From Eledone cirrhosa (taxonomy: Eukaryota): 64,000 nt of DNA. Each line of letters begins with the position of its first letter. Position 1 is the first letter of the stretch. The notes under the pieces are model-generated. The model made no database searches. It was not told the origin of the DNA and saw only the letters and a list, made by a program, of their open reading frames with translations. The DNA lies in the NCBI GenBank assembly GCA_964016885.1, contig OZ024742.1, positions 366,730,001-366,794,000 of the forward strand, in the 5' to 3' direction. Shown in pieces: positions 45,209 through 59,474 of the stretch. The position numbers and the translations under genes are program-made.

Positions 45209-45454
45209 GTATATATATATATAGGTACATATATATATATGTATATATATGTATATATATATATAGGTACATATATATATATATATGTATATATATGTAT
45301 ATATATATATAGGTACATATATATATATATATGTATATATATGTATATATATATATAGGTACATATATATATATATATGTATATATATGTATATATATAT
45401 ATAGGTACATATATATATATATATGTATATATATGTATATATATATATAGGTAC

Positions 45455-48266
45455 ATAACTTTGAATAACTTTGAAATGTTTTGGCCAGTATTGGCCCAGG
45501 CCATGTCTAACTTAATAGCACCACTTGGCGAAGTCTTTCAATTCAGAATTTGGGCACCATGGCCCATTCGAGAAGAGAATTACTGTTTGCGGAGACATAT
45601 CCGGGTGTGGGTGGTTTGTCCGGTATTACTTGGAGGAATTTGTCCAAAGACTTCTTGAATTTTGTGTGGTCAGTTTCTGTTTTGACGTGTCCTGGTGTGA
45701 TGTTGAAGAGAGCAGGGCCGATTGAGGTGAAATAATTGTGCCGTATTGTTGTTATGAGTTGCGATTTAGATTTTTGAATGGGACGGATAGCACGGGGCCC
45801 AAGCCTTGGGTGTATCTTGAAGGCGATGCCAACATCATTTGGGCAGTGATGATGGAACATTTTCCACATCATGCAGATAATATAACGCTCACGGCGACGT
45901 TGGAGTGAGTAAAGTTTCAGGTTTTCTAATCGACCCCAGTAGTCAAGGTATGACATGCCATCTATCTTTTTCGTGATTGCCCTTTGAGGAGCTTCAAGTT
46001 TCATGATACTTTGTTTCGTGTGGGGAGACCACAGTGGACAACAGTATTCAAGGTGTGGTCGGGCAAAAGTAGAGAAGAGAAGGATAATGGTGCGGGAATC
46101 TCTCGACTGGAAGGTTCTGAGGATCCAGGAACACATTCTGCGGGCCATGTCAACTTTGCTGCTTATATGCGTGGTCCAGCTTATGTTGCTGTCCACGGTT
46201 ACTCCCAAGTCTCTGATGTTGTTAGATGCCACGAGAGTTTCCCCGGAGGGAAGGGAGTACGGGAGTTTCAGAGCATCCTCTTTTCCAAAGTGGATCAGTT
46301 CGAATTTGTCTTCGTTCAGTAACATGTTGTTCTTTTCCGCCCATTGGGTAACAGCCAGTAGGTCTGACTGAAGGCTTATCCGGTCATCCACGCCATTGAT
46401 GACCTTTTGGAGCTTGGAATCATCAGCGAAAATTTTAATGTTGCTGTGTTTGATGATGTCAGTGATGTCATTAATATAGATGATGAAGAGAAGTGGGCCC
46501 AACACAGTGCCTTGTGGGACCCCACTACTGACTTTGGCTGGGCTGGATTTGACTCCCTCAACTACAACATGTTGGGTTCTGTTTGACAGGAAGCTCTTGA
46601 TCCACTGCAGCAGCTTTCCAGTGACACCAATATTGGACAGCTTTCTCAGTAGAATGTTATGATCAACCCTGTCAAAGGCCTTGCTGAAATCAAGGTAGAT
46701 AACATCAGTGTTGGAACCCTCTCCCAAGGCTCTCAAAATGTCATCAAAGTGATGCAGTAGCTGCGTCAGGCAATCCCTTCCATTACGGAATCCATGCTGG
46801 TTGGAGTTCAGCATATTGTTACTCTCAAGGAAGTGGGTCATTCGCGATCTCACCACTCTCTCAAATACCTTAATGATATGAGAGGTGAGTGAGATTGGAC
46901 GGTAATTCACGGCAAGGGATTTGTTTCCCTTTTTGAAAACTGGGACAACAGACTGGGATAGAAGGTTTTCTGGCACATATCCAGCATCCAGTGAGTTCCG
47001 CCATAGATTGACAAGAGGAGATGCAAGTTGGTGTTGACACGCCTTCAAGACACAAGCAGGGAACCTATCGGGACCTACTGCTGAATTATGCTTGATTTCC
47101 TTTATTGCCGCCAAGACATCAGGGGCGCCAAACGTTATGTCCGATAAGGTGTAATGGGGAGTAACATCGCCGATACAGCCCAGATCGGCCATATCAGGAT
47201 TGCTGAAAACAGAGCAGTATTGTTTCTGCAGTATCTCACCCATGGTTTTAGCATTGTCTTGAAGAGTGCCATTTTCATCAATTAGAGGGCCAACAGTAGA
47301 GCCAGTGATTTTGTGTTTTTTTGCAAATGAAAAGAACACTTTGGGATTGAGTTTGATCTTCTCAATGGCCCAGGCCTCCTCAGCTCTTCTCTGATTGTTG
47401 ATGAGGGACATTATGTTGTTTTGGAGGTTATGTTTTTTAATCTCTAGTGATGAAATGGCAGTCAAGTTCATGTGTTGCTGCTGACAGTATTTCAGCTTGT
47501 TGATTTTTTTGTTCGTTCTCTTAATTTTTCTGATGAGCGTTTTTCTATTTCTAGGGATTCTGCTCTTAGATTTGTTTATAGTTCTTAATGGGGTGTGTTT
47601 AGCACATATGTTTGTAACAGTGTCCACAAATGTCTGCCAGGACTTTTTGATGTTAGTGGGTGTATGAGTGTGCGTGAAGGACCAGTCGACATGTGCAAGA
47701 TCATGACTGATCGCTTTCCAGTTTGCATTTTGGAAATCCATAGCCTCAAACGGATGGACAGGAGAGATGACATTGGGTTTGTATATTGGACGGTGGAATC
47801 TCAGATCACAGAGAACCATGTCATGATCAGAGAGTAGAGTTTTCTCCACTGCAATATTGTGGATATTGTCAGTGTGATTGCTGAAAATTAAGTCTAGGAC
47901 GTTTTTGTGGCACCTCGTTGGTTCGAGCACCAGTTGGGATAGGAAGAAATCATCCATGAAGTCAAGAAGCGATTCCACAGCTTCCCTGTCAGAGGTTGAG
48001 GCAGAAGAACCTGGTGGCAGGCTGTTTGTGGACCAGTCAACTCCGGGGAGGTTGAAGTCCCCCATCATTAAGATGTTGTCAGGGTGACACTCTTGGATGA
48101 AACACTTTATGCTGTTGAGGCATTCCTTGAAGCATGGTACAGGCGTTTGAGGTGGCCTATAGAGCCCAACCACTAATAGGTTGTTGGTTTGACTGAATAC
48201 AGTGACTGCCTCACAGTATCCATTAGTGAATATATTCATAGCCTCTGTTGAGAAAGAATTATGGAC
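45455..48266 (-). mobile_element. 5'-truncated CR1/L2-group LINE
   Basis: Intact ORF2 remnant. The 3' tail TCAAAGTTATTCAAAGTTAT abuts (TA)n. Confidence 0.95.
45543..48266 (-). CDS. LINE ORF2 remnant: C-terminal half of the APE endonuclease plus a complete RT, about 905 codons without a stop
   Basis: GLYRPP, MGDFNLP, LDLIF and SDH, then [39 protein letters not shown] and FADD. The first about 14 aa of the track ORF are microsatellite. Confidence 0.93.
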   Translation of the reverse strand, partial: VHNSFSTEAMNIFTNGYCEAVTVFSQTNNLLVVGLYRPPQTPVPCFKECLNSIKCFIQECHPDNILMMGDFNLPGVDWSTNSLPPGSSASTSDREAVESLLDFMDDFFLSQLVLEPTRCHKNVLDLIFSNHTDNIHNIAVEKTLLSDHDMVLCDLRFHRPIYKPNVISPVHPFEAMDFQNANWKAISHDLAHVDWSFTHTHTPTNIKKSWQTFVDTVTNICAKHTPLRTINKSKSRIPRNRKTLIRKIKRTNKKINKLKYCQQQHMNLTAISSLEIKKHNLQNNIMSLINNQRRAEEAWAIEKIKLNPKVFFSFAKKHKITGSTVGPLIDENGTLQDNAKTMGEILQKQYCSVFSNPDMADLGCIGDVTPHYTLSDITFGAPDVLAAIKEIKHNSAVGPDRFPACVLKACQHQLASPLVNLWRNSLDAGYVPENLLSQSVVPVFKKGNKSLAVNYRPISLTSHIIKVFERVVRSRMTHFLESNNMLNSNQHGFRNGRDCLTQLLHHFDDILRALGEGSNTDVIYLDFSKAFDRVDHNILLRKLSNIGVTGKLLQWIKSFLSNRTQHVVVEGVKSSPAKVSSGVPQGTVLGPLLFIIYINDITDIIKHSNIKIFADDSKLQKVINGVDDRISLQSDLLAVTQWAEKNNMLLNEDKFELIHFGKEDALKLPYSLPSGETLVASNNIRDLGVTVDSNISWTTHISSKVDMARRMCSWILRTFQSRDSRTIILLFSTFARPHLEYCCPLWSPHTKQSIMKLEAPQRAITKKIDGMSYLDYWGRLENLKLYSLQRRRERYIICMMWKMFHHHCPNDVGIAFKIHPRLGPRAIRPIQKSKSQLITTIRHNYFTSIGPALFNITPGHVKTETDHTKFKKSLDKFLQVIPDKPPTPGYVSANSNSLLEWAMVPKF

Positions 48267-48277
48267 ATATATATATA

Positions 48278-48308
<31 letters not shown>

Positions 48309-48323
48309 ATATATATATATATG

Positions 48324-48372
<49 letters not shown>

Positions 48373-48421
48373 CTATATGTATATATATGTATACATATAT
48401 ATATATATGTATATATATATC

Positions 48422-48454
<33 letters not shown>

Positions 48455-48666
48455 CTATATGTATATATATGTATATGTATATATATGTATATGTTTATAT
48501 ATATATATCTATATGTTTAGATATATGTATATATATATATGTATATGTATATATATATATGTGTATATGTATATATATGTATATGTATATATATATATAT
48601 GTATATGTATATATATATATGTATATGTATATGTATATATATATATGTTTATGTATATGTATATAT

Positions 48667-48699
<33 letters not shown>

Positions 48700-48715
48700 T
48701 ATATATATATGTATA

Positions 48716-48747
<32 letters not shown>

Positions 48748-48749
48748 AA

Positions 48750-49250
48750 TTGAAACAAAATGAAAACGAAATTTCATTTCTCACTCTTAGTATGGCACTT
48801 ACTCATTTTGTTTCAATTTATCGTTTTCGGTATGCCTGACCGATTTAACTCACTCAATATGCAAATTAGGCTGCTCAGCCGTTAATTTTCATAAGGAAAG
48901 TATATACTTTCGAACGTTCAACTATCTGGCAGATGGGTAAACGGTGCTGATGATAGCTAACAAGCTTGAAACTAGTACATCGTTCCTGTGTCAGTGTTGA
49001 ACAAAAAGGTGACGTGGTTGCCTTAACACCGTATGGCATAAATTCAGGCTGTTCAGTTTGTTTACAAACGAACAAAGCGACGTTATAATAAGCGCCGCTA
49101 AACTGATACGTGCATATATGTATGTGTACCTGTATGCATATGTATGTACATATGTATATATATATATATGTGCATGCTACTGTACGTCTGTATACATATG
49201 TGTATGTACGTATACATGCATACTTACATATATATATATAAATATGTTTA
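48750..49250 (+). mobile_element. retrozyme-like non-coding element (5' hairpin, ATGCAAAT at 48859, hammerhead)
   Basis: Same layout as 33871-34290. The tail is shared with 25680-25790. Confidence 0.7.
48940..48984 (+). ncRNA. minimal type I hammerhead ribozyme (GUA)
   Basis: AACGGTG-CTGATGA-TAGCT-AACA-AGCTT-GAAA-CTAG-TA-CATCGTT. Confidence 0.85.
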
Positions 49251-49254
49251 AAAG

Positions 49255-50174
49255 ATCCCTGAGCAGCAAAACCTACCCTTTTCAGAAAACACATTGTATT
49301 AATAGGAAATCTATCATATGTAAAGTAAACCCCCGGATAAACTGTAAAACTAGAAACGTAGTCTATAGCATAAGATGTACAGAGGGTACTTGCAGAAACA
49401 TGACAACAACATACATAGGCGAGACAGCTCGTAGCATAGGTGAAAGGATAGGCCAAAACTGGGAGGAACTAAAAGGACGAAAAAACGGTTCAGTACTATA
49501 CGAACATGCCAGACAACAACACGACGGTAACATAGACAACATAGAAGTTAGAATAATATCTAAACATAGAAATGGCCCAGCAGATAGGCAAATCAGAGAG
49601 GCCAGCGAAATATAACATAGAAGGCCAAGGGTAAACAGAAAAAATGAATGGAATAACAACAACACCCAAACAAACAATACTGACCTAAGGGAAGTATAAA
49701 TAAATAAATAAATAAATACATACACATCACAATAACAACAAACACATATAAACACACAATAGTAAACTAAGATAGAATACCTTAACCAATACAGTCACCC
49801 AAACAAGAACACACATCAAACAAAACACTATACACACACGCAAACGCATGCGCAGAGAAGACAAAAACTAAATAAATAAACAGACTAAATAAAGATGGCG
49901 TAGGCATACAATGCAACGGGAGGAAACATAATAGCACCACCGACGATGTTGCAGATGTGCAACGAAAGAACTTTGATAGACTATATGTATATGTGTTTGT
50001 GTCTATATTGTATCTGTATTTTTGACCGTTGGTCAGTCAATGGTAACATTGAGGACCGAATAAATTAAATTAACCGATATAAAAGACAGAGAAACGAAAA
50101 CCAACCAAGCAGTGAGTGTGTTCTGTTATTAATTCTGGCAATATTATTACACAAATATGACCCTCCCCAACTAT

Positions 50175-50180
<6 letters not shown>
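49255..50180 (+). mobile_element. second, shorter copy of the Neptune-like PLE (endonuclease plus 3' repeat)
   Basis: Aligns to 38625-39592. NVVYSIRC...YIGET. Ends ATGACCCTCCCCAACTATAACAAT then (TA)n. Confidence 0.92.
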
Positions 50181-50258
<78 letters not shown>

Positions 50259-50341
50259 GTTATTCCGGGTTGAATCGGAAGTAACCACAGTAAGTAAGGT
50301 ACTCAATACATAACAGAGTATAAAAGTTTTAATTTAAATGA

Positions 50342-50850
50342 GATTCTACAGGACTAGAACTGTTTCATTCTTTAGAAATCATCAGGAATCTGGGTATCAA
50401 AAAATAAATATGGTATTTATAGGTCTTTTCAGGTGGTAGGAGAGGGTGGGGAGAGGGGTGGGTAGAGGTCATTGGTTGATAGAAAAGGGAATTCATTAAA
50501 AGCTAATTCTTTAAAGCTAGGATTTATATTTAGATTAACAAAGGCAGAATTAATTCTATAAACAAGTTCAGAATGGGGTGCCACTCCTTATTTTTAAGTT
50601 TCTCTTAAGCTAACAATGCCTATATTTCAGGTGTCTATAAGATTGTTGGGGGTCAGTCATGTTTGATGCATTTAAAGAAAGGGAAATTCTTTAAAAGCTA
50701 ATTCTTTAAAGTTCTACTTAGGGTGACAAAGGCCAAGAGAATTCTATAGACCAGTTCAAAATATTGAGTGCCTATCATACCATTATCTTCAAGTTTCTCT
50801 TAAGCTATATTCTAGATGTCAACAGACACATTCACAAATACACACACACA
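50342..50850 (-). repeat. left arm of an about 460-bp inverted repeat (right arm 58045-58497), with a degenerate hammerhead at 50342-50390
   Basis: The two arms match in reverse complement. Minus strand: CTGATGA-TTTCTAAAGAAT-GAAA-CAGTTCTAG-TC. Confidence 0.85.
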
Positions 50851-51078
50851 CGCGCACCCACACGCACACGCACATACATATATATATATATATATACAAA
50901 ACACACGCTCACACGGCCTCCATCCTTGGAACAACTTAACAACCGGCTCAACCCCGATCTAATCTGCCGTGACCTTTCTCCGAACTTTACACACCTTCCC
51001 ACACTTTGTCTTTCCTTCCACGCATTACCTCTGTTTATATGTCTCTCCACCACTCCCCTACACACCTTTTGAACTCTT

Positions 51079-51110
51079 ACCTGAAGAAGGGCTTATGCCC
51101 GAAACGTCGT
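51079..51110 (+). ncRNA. ultra-minimal PLE-type hammerhead (GUC)
   Basis: AC-CTGAAGA-A-GGGC-TTAT-GCCC-GAAA-CG-TC-GT. Stem I has only 2 bp. Confidence 0.65.
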
Positions 51111-51195
51111 CCTCCACCTAACCCCCACTCTCCTGAGCGTGAATCTAATAAACATTTGTCGTACTGCCTCTCTGTTCTGTCCCTGTTCAATTTTT

Positions 51196-51268
<73 letters not shown>

Positions 51269-51271
51269 CAC

Positions 51272-51394
<123 letters not shown>

Positions 51395-51464
51395 TATATA
51401 TATATACACATATATATATATGTATATATATACATATATATATATGTATATATATATATGTATA

Positions 51465-51512
<48 letters not shown>

Positions 51513-52725
51513 CGGCTGAGCTCAAGCCGATTCGACGGCTAATTCTGGACTAAATGAAACTGTTTATCCTGGTATATGAATAGCCGAGCTTCTCAGGGGG
51601 TAATTCCAGATATGGTAAAAGTCATTGTCACAAGGATTGGTCAAAAGTTTGTTGTTGAGACATAATAATTCTATCATGGCAATTTGTGGAGGGAAGGGGT
51701 AGCTGAACCTGCCAGTAGAAGAAAGAGGGAGAGGGGGTGGAGGAAACCCAGTCGTGCGTTGATAGTGCCAACTACAGCTGGGCAGGAGGTCAAAGAAGAT
51801 ACTAGGGAGGAGGAGGGGGAGGAAGTCGAAACAATAAGTAAAACAATATGGGGTAAATATATAGAAAAATATCGAGTGTTAAAAAACAATTAAATGTAAA
51901 GAAAACAATTTCTGGTTACTATAAATCTGTCACTGGTACTGCTAGACTAAAGAAAGGTTTACTAGGTGTGACGGAATTATAATGAGACCCTTTTAAGAGG
52001 TATAAGTAAACAACCGAGTATATCTTACGGTGACGGGTCAACAAGTGGGGGGCCAAAATACTAAAGAAACTGCCACGAAATAATAAATCAGAGTCCCGAG
52101 ACCAGTACGAAATAAAGGTTTCTACCCCAGGCACAAGGCCAGCAACCACCCAGTGCAAAAAAAAAATAAACTAATACGAAATAATAATTCAGAATCCCGA
52201 AAAAGAATACTAATACTATCTCTAAGGGTGCCGCCACGATACAAAGATTCTAGTGCAAACTACATAAATGCTTCTACGAAGTATATGTAAAAATTTGATA
52301 CGTAAAATTAATTCAGAATCCCCCCCCCCTCCCAAAAAGAAAACACTGATATGCGAGAAATTAAACCAAAGATACCACTAAGAAATATAGAAAGCACGGA
52401 AAAGGGGCAGCCATCGGATAAGAAGGCAAGTATCCGGGGTCTAACACATCTGCTATAAAAAGCGGAGTCGGCCAAATCTATCATAGAATATGGGAAGGAG
52501 GTGGGGGTATTGAGGCTACAAAGGACCGAGGGGCTGCCTCGGGTGGGCGAGAAAGTAAAAGGACGACGACAAAGAAAGAGGACTGGGGTGGAAGGACTAG
52601 GGAGGGATGGGGGTGGAAGAAGGAAATATAGAGGAAGCGATAAAAACTTATAAAAGAAGATCTTACGTCTACCTTTGCAAGCAGGGGTTACCCATTACAA
52701 AATCGGCAAGTGGGGTGTTATAGCC

Positions 52726-53749
52726 CTAGTCTACCCCCCCCCCCGGGTCATTATGGGGTTTGAGGGCGAGGTAAGTCCTACGAAATCTGTGTTTACATGC
52801 AATTACCAGTTCATCTTTCTTGTTTAGGAGTTGGTCCGTCGAAAACACCATTTGTAAAGTTTCCTCAGAGCATAAATTGCACGGACGGCGTCCTCCCGTG
52901 TAAGAGTTGGCTCTGGACAGTAAGCTCCAAGTGAGATCATAAGTAATATTGTTATCCTTGAGGTCCCATATGTGGCCCGAAAGTGTAGTGGCGTGACGCC
53001 GGGCTGGGTTTCGGAAGGTATGTCTGTGTAGGTATAGCCGGGTCTTGAAGTCACATGCGGTTAATCCTATATAAGCTTTGTTGGAGGTGTCCGTCCTCAC
53101 GTTGCACTGGTAGATCACATTACGATCTCTGCATCTGTTGTCGAGGGGACAAGTGGATCCATCAGGACAGTTGCACCTCCTGGTCGGCTCTCCACTGCTA
53201 TTTAGGTTATTTCTTCCATAGGGGTTGAGTTTCTTGTTGTTAGAGGAGTGATGTTTTGTGCAAAGTTTGGTGTGGTGCTGTAGGAGAGTTTGATGGTATT
53301 TTTGTTAATTATGTTATGGTAGGGGTGTTGTAGTGGGAAGTGTTTTTCAATGAGCCTAAAGAAGATTTTCCCGATAGGAGTTGTTACCTCGGCGTTGTGG
53401 GGAGGATTGAACCATGTTACGTTGCGTGAGCGGTGGTGTCGCCTGCTGCTTCCGCTAATGGAAGCTGGACAGTAGGATATTTCCTCCCGGAAACCACTCC
53501 GCTTGAGGGCCTGGTTGTAATAAGGCGCATGTTCCTCGAATATATTCTCATTAGCTGACAAACGAGATATGCGGAGGGAGATGTTTTTAACCAGGTTATT
53601 GGTGATGTTCCTAGGATGGTTTGACTGGCGGTGGATGTAGTGCAGGTTGTCGTAAGGTTTCCTGTATGGGTAGTACAGATCATTTTCGAGGTCAAGGGTA
53701 ACGTCCAGCAAGTTTACTGGGGTCAGGGACGTTTGTAGGGTTATTTTAA
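52726..53749 (-). pseudogene. Naiad-like PLE, 3' part: RT thumb, linker and GIY-YIG endonuclease (one frameshift)
   Basis: LDVTLDL, PYRKP, SNHP, WFNPP, IKLSYS, CNC...CPL...C, VIYQC, YIGLT...FKTR...H and CNLC. Confidence 0.9.
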
Positions 53750-54542
53750 CTGGTAACCTCTACTTCGTCAACCTCGACAGATACCACACACTGATCAGGA
53801 GCAGCCTAAACTCCACCTATAAAAAGGCTAACCACTCATGCATCGAGGACATAAATCGAGATGGACAACAAATTACTTCCAGCCTCGTGGTCGCCGACCG
53901 CACGGAACCCCTAGACACACGGACACCCTACTTCACACTGAATTACCACAAATCCGATTTCGACCGTAAACCTTCTATCAGGCTTATAAACCCAACGAAG
54001 TCCGACATAGGGAGAATCAGCAAAAAAATCCTAGACCGCGTGATACCAAAAGTTAAGCAACACGCCAGACTTAGCCTATGGGTCAACACCCAGGAAGTAA
54101 TCCCATGGTTCAGCAATATGGAGGAAAAACGAGACACTAAATTCATCCAGTTTGACATAGAGAGTTACTATGCTTCAATTACCTTACCGCTACTTACTGC
54201 CGCCTTGGACTTTGCCGAAACACTTGTGCCCATGACCGACCAGGAAACAAACATCATCCTCCACGCCAGGAAGACAGTCTTACTCTTCGACAACTCCAAA
54301 TGGATAAAGAGAACTCCCGACTCACCCTTCGACGTCAGCATGGGCGCGACGGATTCGGCTGAGGTCACAGATCTTATAGGATTATTCCTAATAGCCAAAC
54401 TCACCGATATGTTTCCTGCATTCGACGGTGGATTGTACCGTGATGATGGGCTCCTTACCCTTAAAGGGTACAACCCCAGTAGTACAGATCGGGTTCGTAA
54501 ACAATTAATCAGCTTCTTCCGCGACTGGGGATTTAAAATAAC
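53750..54542 (+). pseudogene. Naiad-like PLE, RT core, inverted relative to its 3' part
   Basis: RLINPTKSDIG, FIQFDIESYYASI, FDVSMGATDSAEV and GLYRDDGL. Ends at FKIT, where the minus piece starts. Confidence 0.9.
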
Positions 54543-54609
54543 TGAATTAATTTTCCGTATCAAATTTTTACATATACTTCGTACGAGCATTTATGTAGTT
54601 TGCACTAGA

Positions 54610-54870
54610 ATATTTCAAGGACACCAAGTTAAATTATGGTGCTCTTTCATCAGATAAAATATAATATAGATCAGTTTTATAAATAAATATTGACATACGA
54701 TTAAAGAATGCAACCATTACTGTTGGAAACTCCCGGACAATATTTATTTATAAAACTGATCTATATTATATTTTATCTGATTTAAAGCGCACCATAATTT
54801 AACTTGGTGTCCTTGAAATATGTATAATGATATAAATATGGTTTTATAAATATAGTTTCCATTTGTTAAT
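54610..54870. mobile_element. second copy of the 32801-33071 hammerhead fold-back
   Basis: Same arms and same spacer core (AATGCAACCATTACTGTTGGAA.CTCCCGGA). The plus-arm core is mutated to CTGATTT. Confidence 0.85.
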
Positions 54871-55072
54871 ATATCGTTATATATATATGTATGTATACAT
54901 ATACATATATATATATACACACATTTATATACATATATACAAACATATACACATATATATACATACATACACACACATACACATATATACACATGTACAC
55001 ATATATATACATATACACATATACATATATACACACATATACATATATACATATATATATATATACATACAC

Positions 55073-55117
<45 letters not shown>

Positions 55118-55294
55118 TACAAATATATATACACACACAGATATATATATATATATACATACATATATATATATTTTTTTATACATATACATACATACAC
55201 ACACATATAGACACACACATATATAAATATATGTTTATACACACATACACACATACATACACACACATATATATACATACATATACATATATAC

Positions 55295-55325
<31 letters not shown>

Positions 55326-55744
55326 CACACACATACATATACGCATACATATACATACACATACACACATATATATACGCACATATACATATATATAATA
55401 TATATATATATATATATACACGTATAGATAGATATATATATATATACACACATATATATATACATATATATACACTTATATATATATACACACACATATA
55501 TATATACATATACACACACATATATATACAGACATACACACAAACACATTTATATATATACATACGTATACACAGATACACACACACATACATATATATA
55601 CACACACACACATATATATATATATAAATATATATATATGTGTCTGTATGTATGTGTATATATATGTGTGTATATATATATACATAGACACATATATATA
55701 CATACATATATACATACTTATATATATATATTCTATTCTTTTCT

Positions 55745-55895
55745 AGGGCGAGTAAAATTCCCTAGACCCATGGACGAGTTCTCTCCAGCGGTCTCTGTCC
55801 CTCATTATCGCTGCCATGTCTTGCGTCTCCAACAGACCGGTGTCTATCCTTAGGGCATCAACATACGTTAACCTTGGCCTTCCCCTTCCAGTGTG
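55745..55895 (-). mobile_element. 3' fragment of an RTE-type LINE
   Basis: GRGRPRLTYVD...MRDRDRWRELV, a typical RTE C-terminus. Confidence 0.7.
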
Positions 55896-55978
55896 TTCAT
55901 ATATATATACACACACATACATATATATACACATATACACATATATACATATATATACGCACACACACCCACTCCCCC

Positions 55979-56028
<50 letters not shown>

Positions 56029-56055
56029 AGCCGGATGGCTGAAACAGGTAAAAGA

Positions 56056-56098
<43 letters not shown>

Positions 56099-56287
56099 CA
56101 TATACACACATATACATATATATATACAAATAAGTACTCATAAATATACGAATATACACAGGCACATAAAAACACTTCTACAAGCAGAAAATGCAGATAG
56201 GTAAGAGGTACTCACATAACCATAGTGGCCGTATTTCAGCTTGAGGAGGGGTGAGGTGGGGTGGGAAGGAGGTGGGGGAAGTCGTTT

Positions 56288-56738
56288 TTAGCCATCGGGC
56301 ATTAACACTGGCTTAAGGTATTTGAAAGTTGCAAAGTTCTTGTGCATGCAGTTCGAGCAGTGTTCAGCAAGTTTGTTCAGTAGCGGGCCCTTGGCGAATA
56401 AAATTTCGTAGCTCTCTGAGATACAAAGGTCGCAGCCCTTGTGTCCTCCGTTGTAAGAGAGCGCTTTCCATTTAAGGGTGAAGGGGGTGGAGTTCCTTTT
56501 GAGGTCCCAAAAATAGGAGGCGAGTGTTGTCTGGTTTGATTTGTCAGGTCTTCTGAAGGAGTGGGTATGGGAATACCAACGGGTCTTAAAGTTATTGGAA
56601 GTCATGCCGATGTAAGTCTTTTTATTATTGCAGTCATCCGTGCCTGAGATGATATCGCATTTGTATACGATATCATTTGTCAGGCATTTGTTTTCAAGTG
56701 GGCAGGCTTCCTTATTAAGGCAATTACACAAGGCCCCA
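56288..56738 (-). pseudogene. Naiad-like PLE GIY-YIG endonuclease fragment
   Basis: CNC...CPL..KCL...IVYKC...YIGMT...FKTRW..H...CDLC..E. Confidence 0.88.
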
Positions 56739-56755
56739 GTGTATGTGTGTATGTA

Positions 56756-56869
<114 letters not shown>

Positions 56870-56900
56870 GAAGCGGTTACACAACAGTTAGTTCACCATA

Positions 56901-56940
56901 CCGAGAACAATTGTTTCACCCTCGCGGATCTTCAGCTCGG
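56901..56940 (-). ncRNA. minimal hammerhead (GUU) downstream of the 57201-57930 PLE
   Basis: Minus strand: CCGAG-CTGAAGA-TCC-GCGA-GGG-T-GAAA-CAATTG-TT-CTCGG. Confidence 0.75.
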
Positions 56941-57200
56941 GATGTGTATGTTTATAGGAACAGGAAGGACAACCGTACGAACGTGCATGCGCGGAAACTT
57001 GGTCACTTCACACAGGCAATACTAGACTGTGTGCGGAATGTGTAAGGGAGATAACTGCGAAAGTCCGGAAAGTTTTTAGTTTGAAAATACAATTAAAAAA
57101 ATTAAAAATAAAATTACAAAGAATCAGTCCGGAGCCTTGTAGTTATGCAATAGATGTTTGGTGACGTGTGGACAACGTGTGAAAAATTCACTCCTCGTGT

Positions 57201-58050
<850 letters not shown>

Positions 58051-58710
58051 TGTCTGTTGACATCTAGAATATAGCTTAAGAGAAACTTGAAGATAATGGT
58101 ATGATGGGCACTCACAATTTTGAACTGGTCTATAGAATTCTTTAGGCCTTTGTCACCCTAAGTAGAACTTTAAAGAATTAGCTTTTAAAGAATTTCCCTT
58201 TTCTTTAAATCCATCAACCATGACCGACCCCAACGATCTTATAGACACCTGAAATATAGGTATTGTTAGCTTAAGAGAAACTTAAAAATAAGGAGTGGCA
58301 CCCCATTCTGAACTTGTTTATAGAATTCTTCCTGTCTTTGTTACTCTAAATATAAATTATAGCTTTAAAGAATTAGCTTTTAATGAATTCCCTTTTCTAT
58401 CAACCAATGACTTCTACCCATCCCACTCCCCACCCTCTCCTACCACCTCAAGAGACCTATAAATACCATATTCATTTTTTGATACCCAGATTCCTGAGCA
58501 CACCATAATTTAACTTGGTGTCCTTGAAATATGTATAATGAAATAAATATGGTTTTATAAATATAGTTTCCATTTGTTAATATATCGTATTTTTACTCCA
58601 ATAATTTGTTGAGTGCTTTATATCAGTTATAAAAATATTTGCTTGTTGTATCCCAACAATTTAAATAGAACTTCTACATATATATATATATTTATGTATG
58701 TATGCGTATG

Positions 58711-58818
<108 letters not shown>

Positions 58819-59173
58819 TATATGTATATATATATATGTATATAAATACAAATATATATATATAAAGTAACACAGTGGGGGAAATGTAAAGAAATCTAAA
58901 GATTGCGTCTGTAAGGAGGTCAATCCTACTGAGAAGTAGTTTATAGTGTAATTATAAGTTGATGTCAATTAACACCTGCTGAACGCTGATTGATATATTG
59001 ACCTAGTTCAGTCTTGGATTTAAAGAAAAAAATTAGTTTATCTCAGGTTTTGATATTTTGTTTGGAGAGAAAAATGTGGAGGATTAGAAGGATATATTAT
59101 CTGTCTATCTATTTGTATATCTATCTCTATGTATATCTGTATATCGCTCTCTCTCTATCTATATGTCTATCTA

Positions 59174-59238
<65 letters not shown>

Positions 59239-59306
59239 ATATCTATCTATCTCTATCTATCTATTTACCTCTATGTATATCTGTATCCTCTCTTTCTCTC
59301 TCTCTC

Positions 59307-59361
<55 letters not shown>

Positions 59362-59364
59362 ATA

Positions 59365-59439
59365 CACGTTTTTATTGTATGTAAACTTCCCCCTTTGTAT
59401 TTGTCCCCTTCTTTTGTGCCCCTGTGGCTAATAAAGAAA
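59365..59439 (+). mobile_element. 3'-terminal fragment of a Tx1/L1 element
   Basis: GTAAACTTCCCCCTTTGTATTTGTCCC...AATAAAGAAA resembles 61344-61403. Confidence 0.75.
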
Positions 59440-59474
59440 TATATCTATCTATCTATCTATCTATCTATAGGTAT

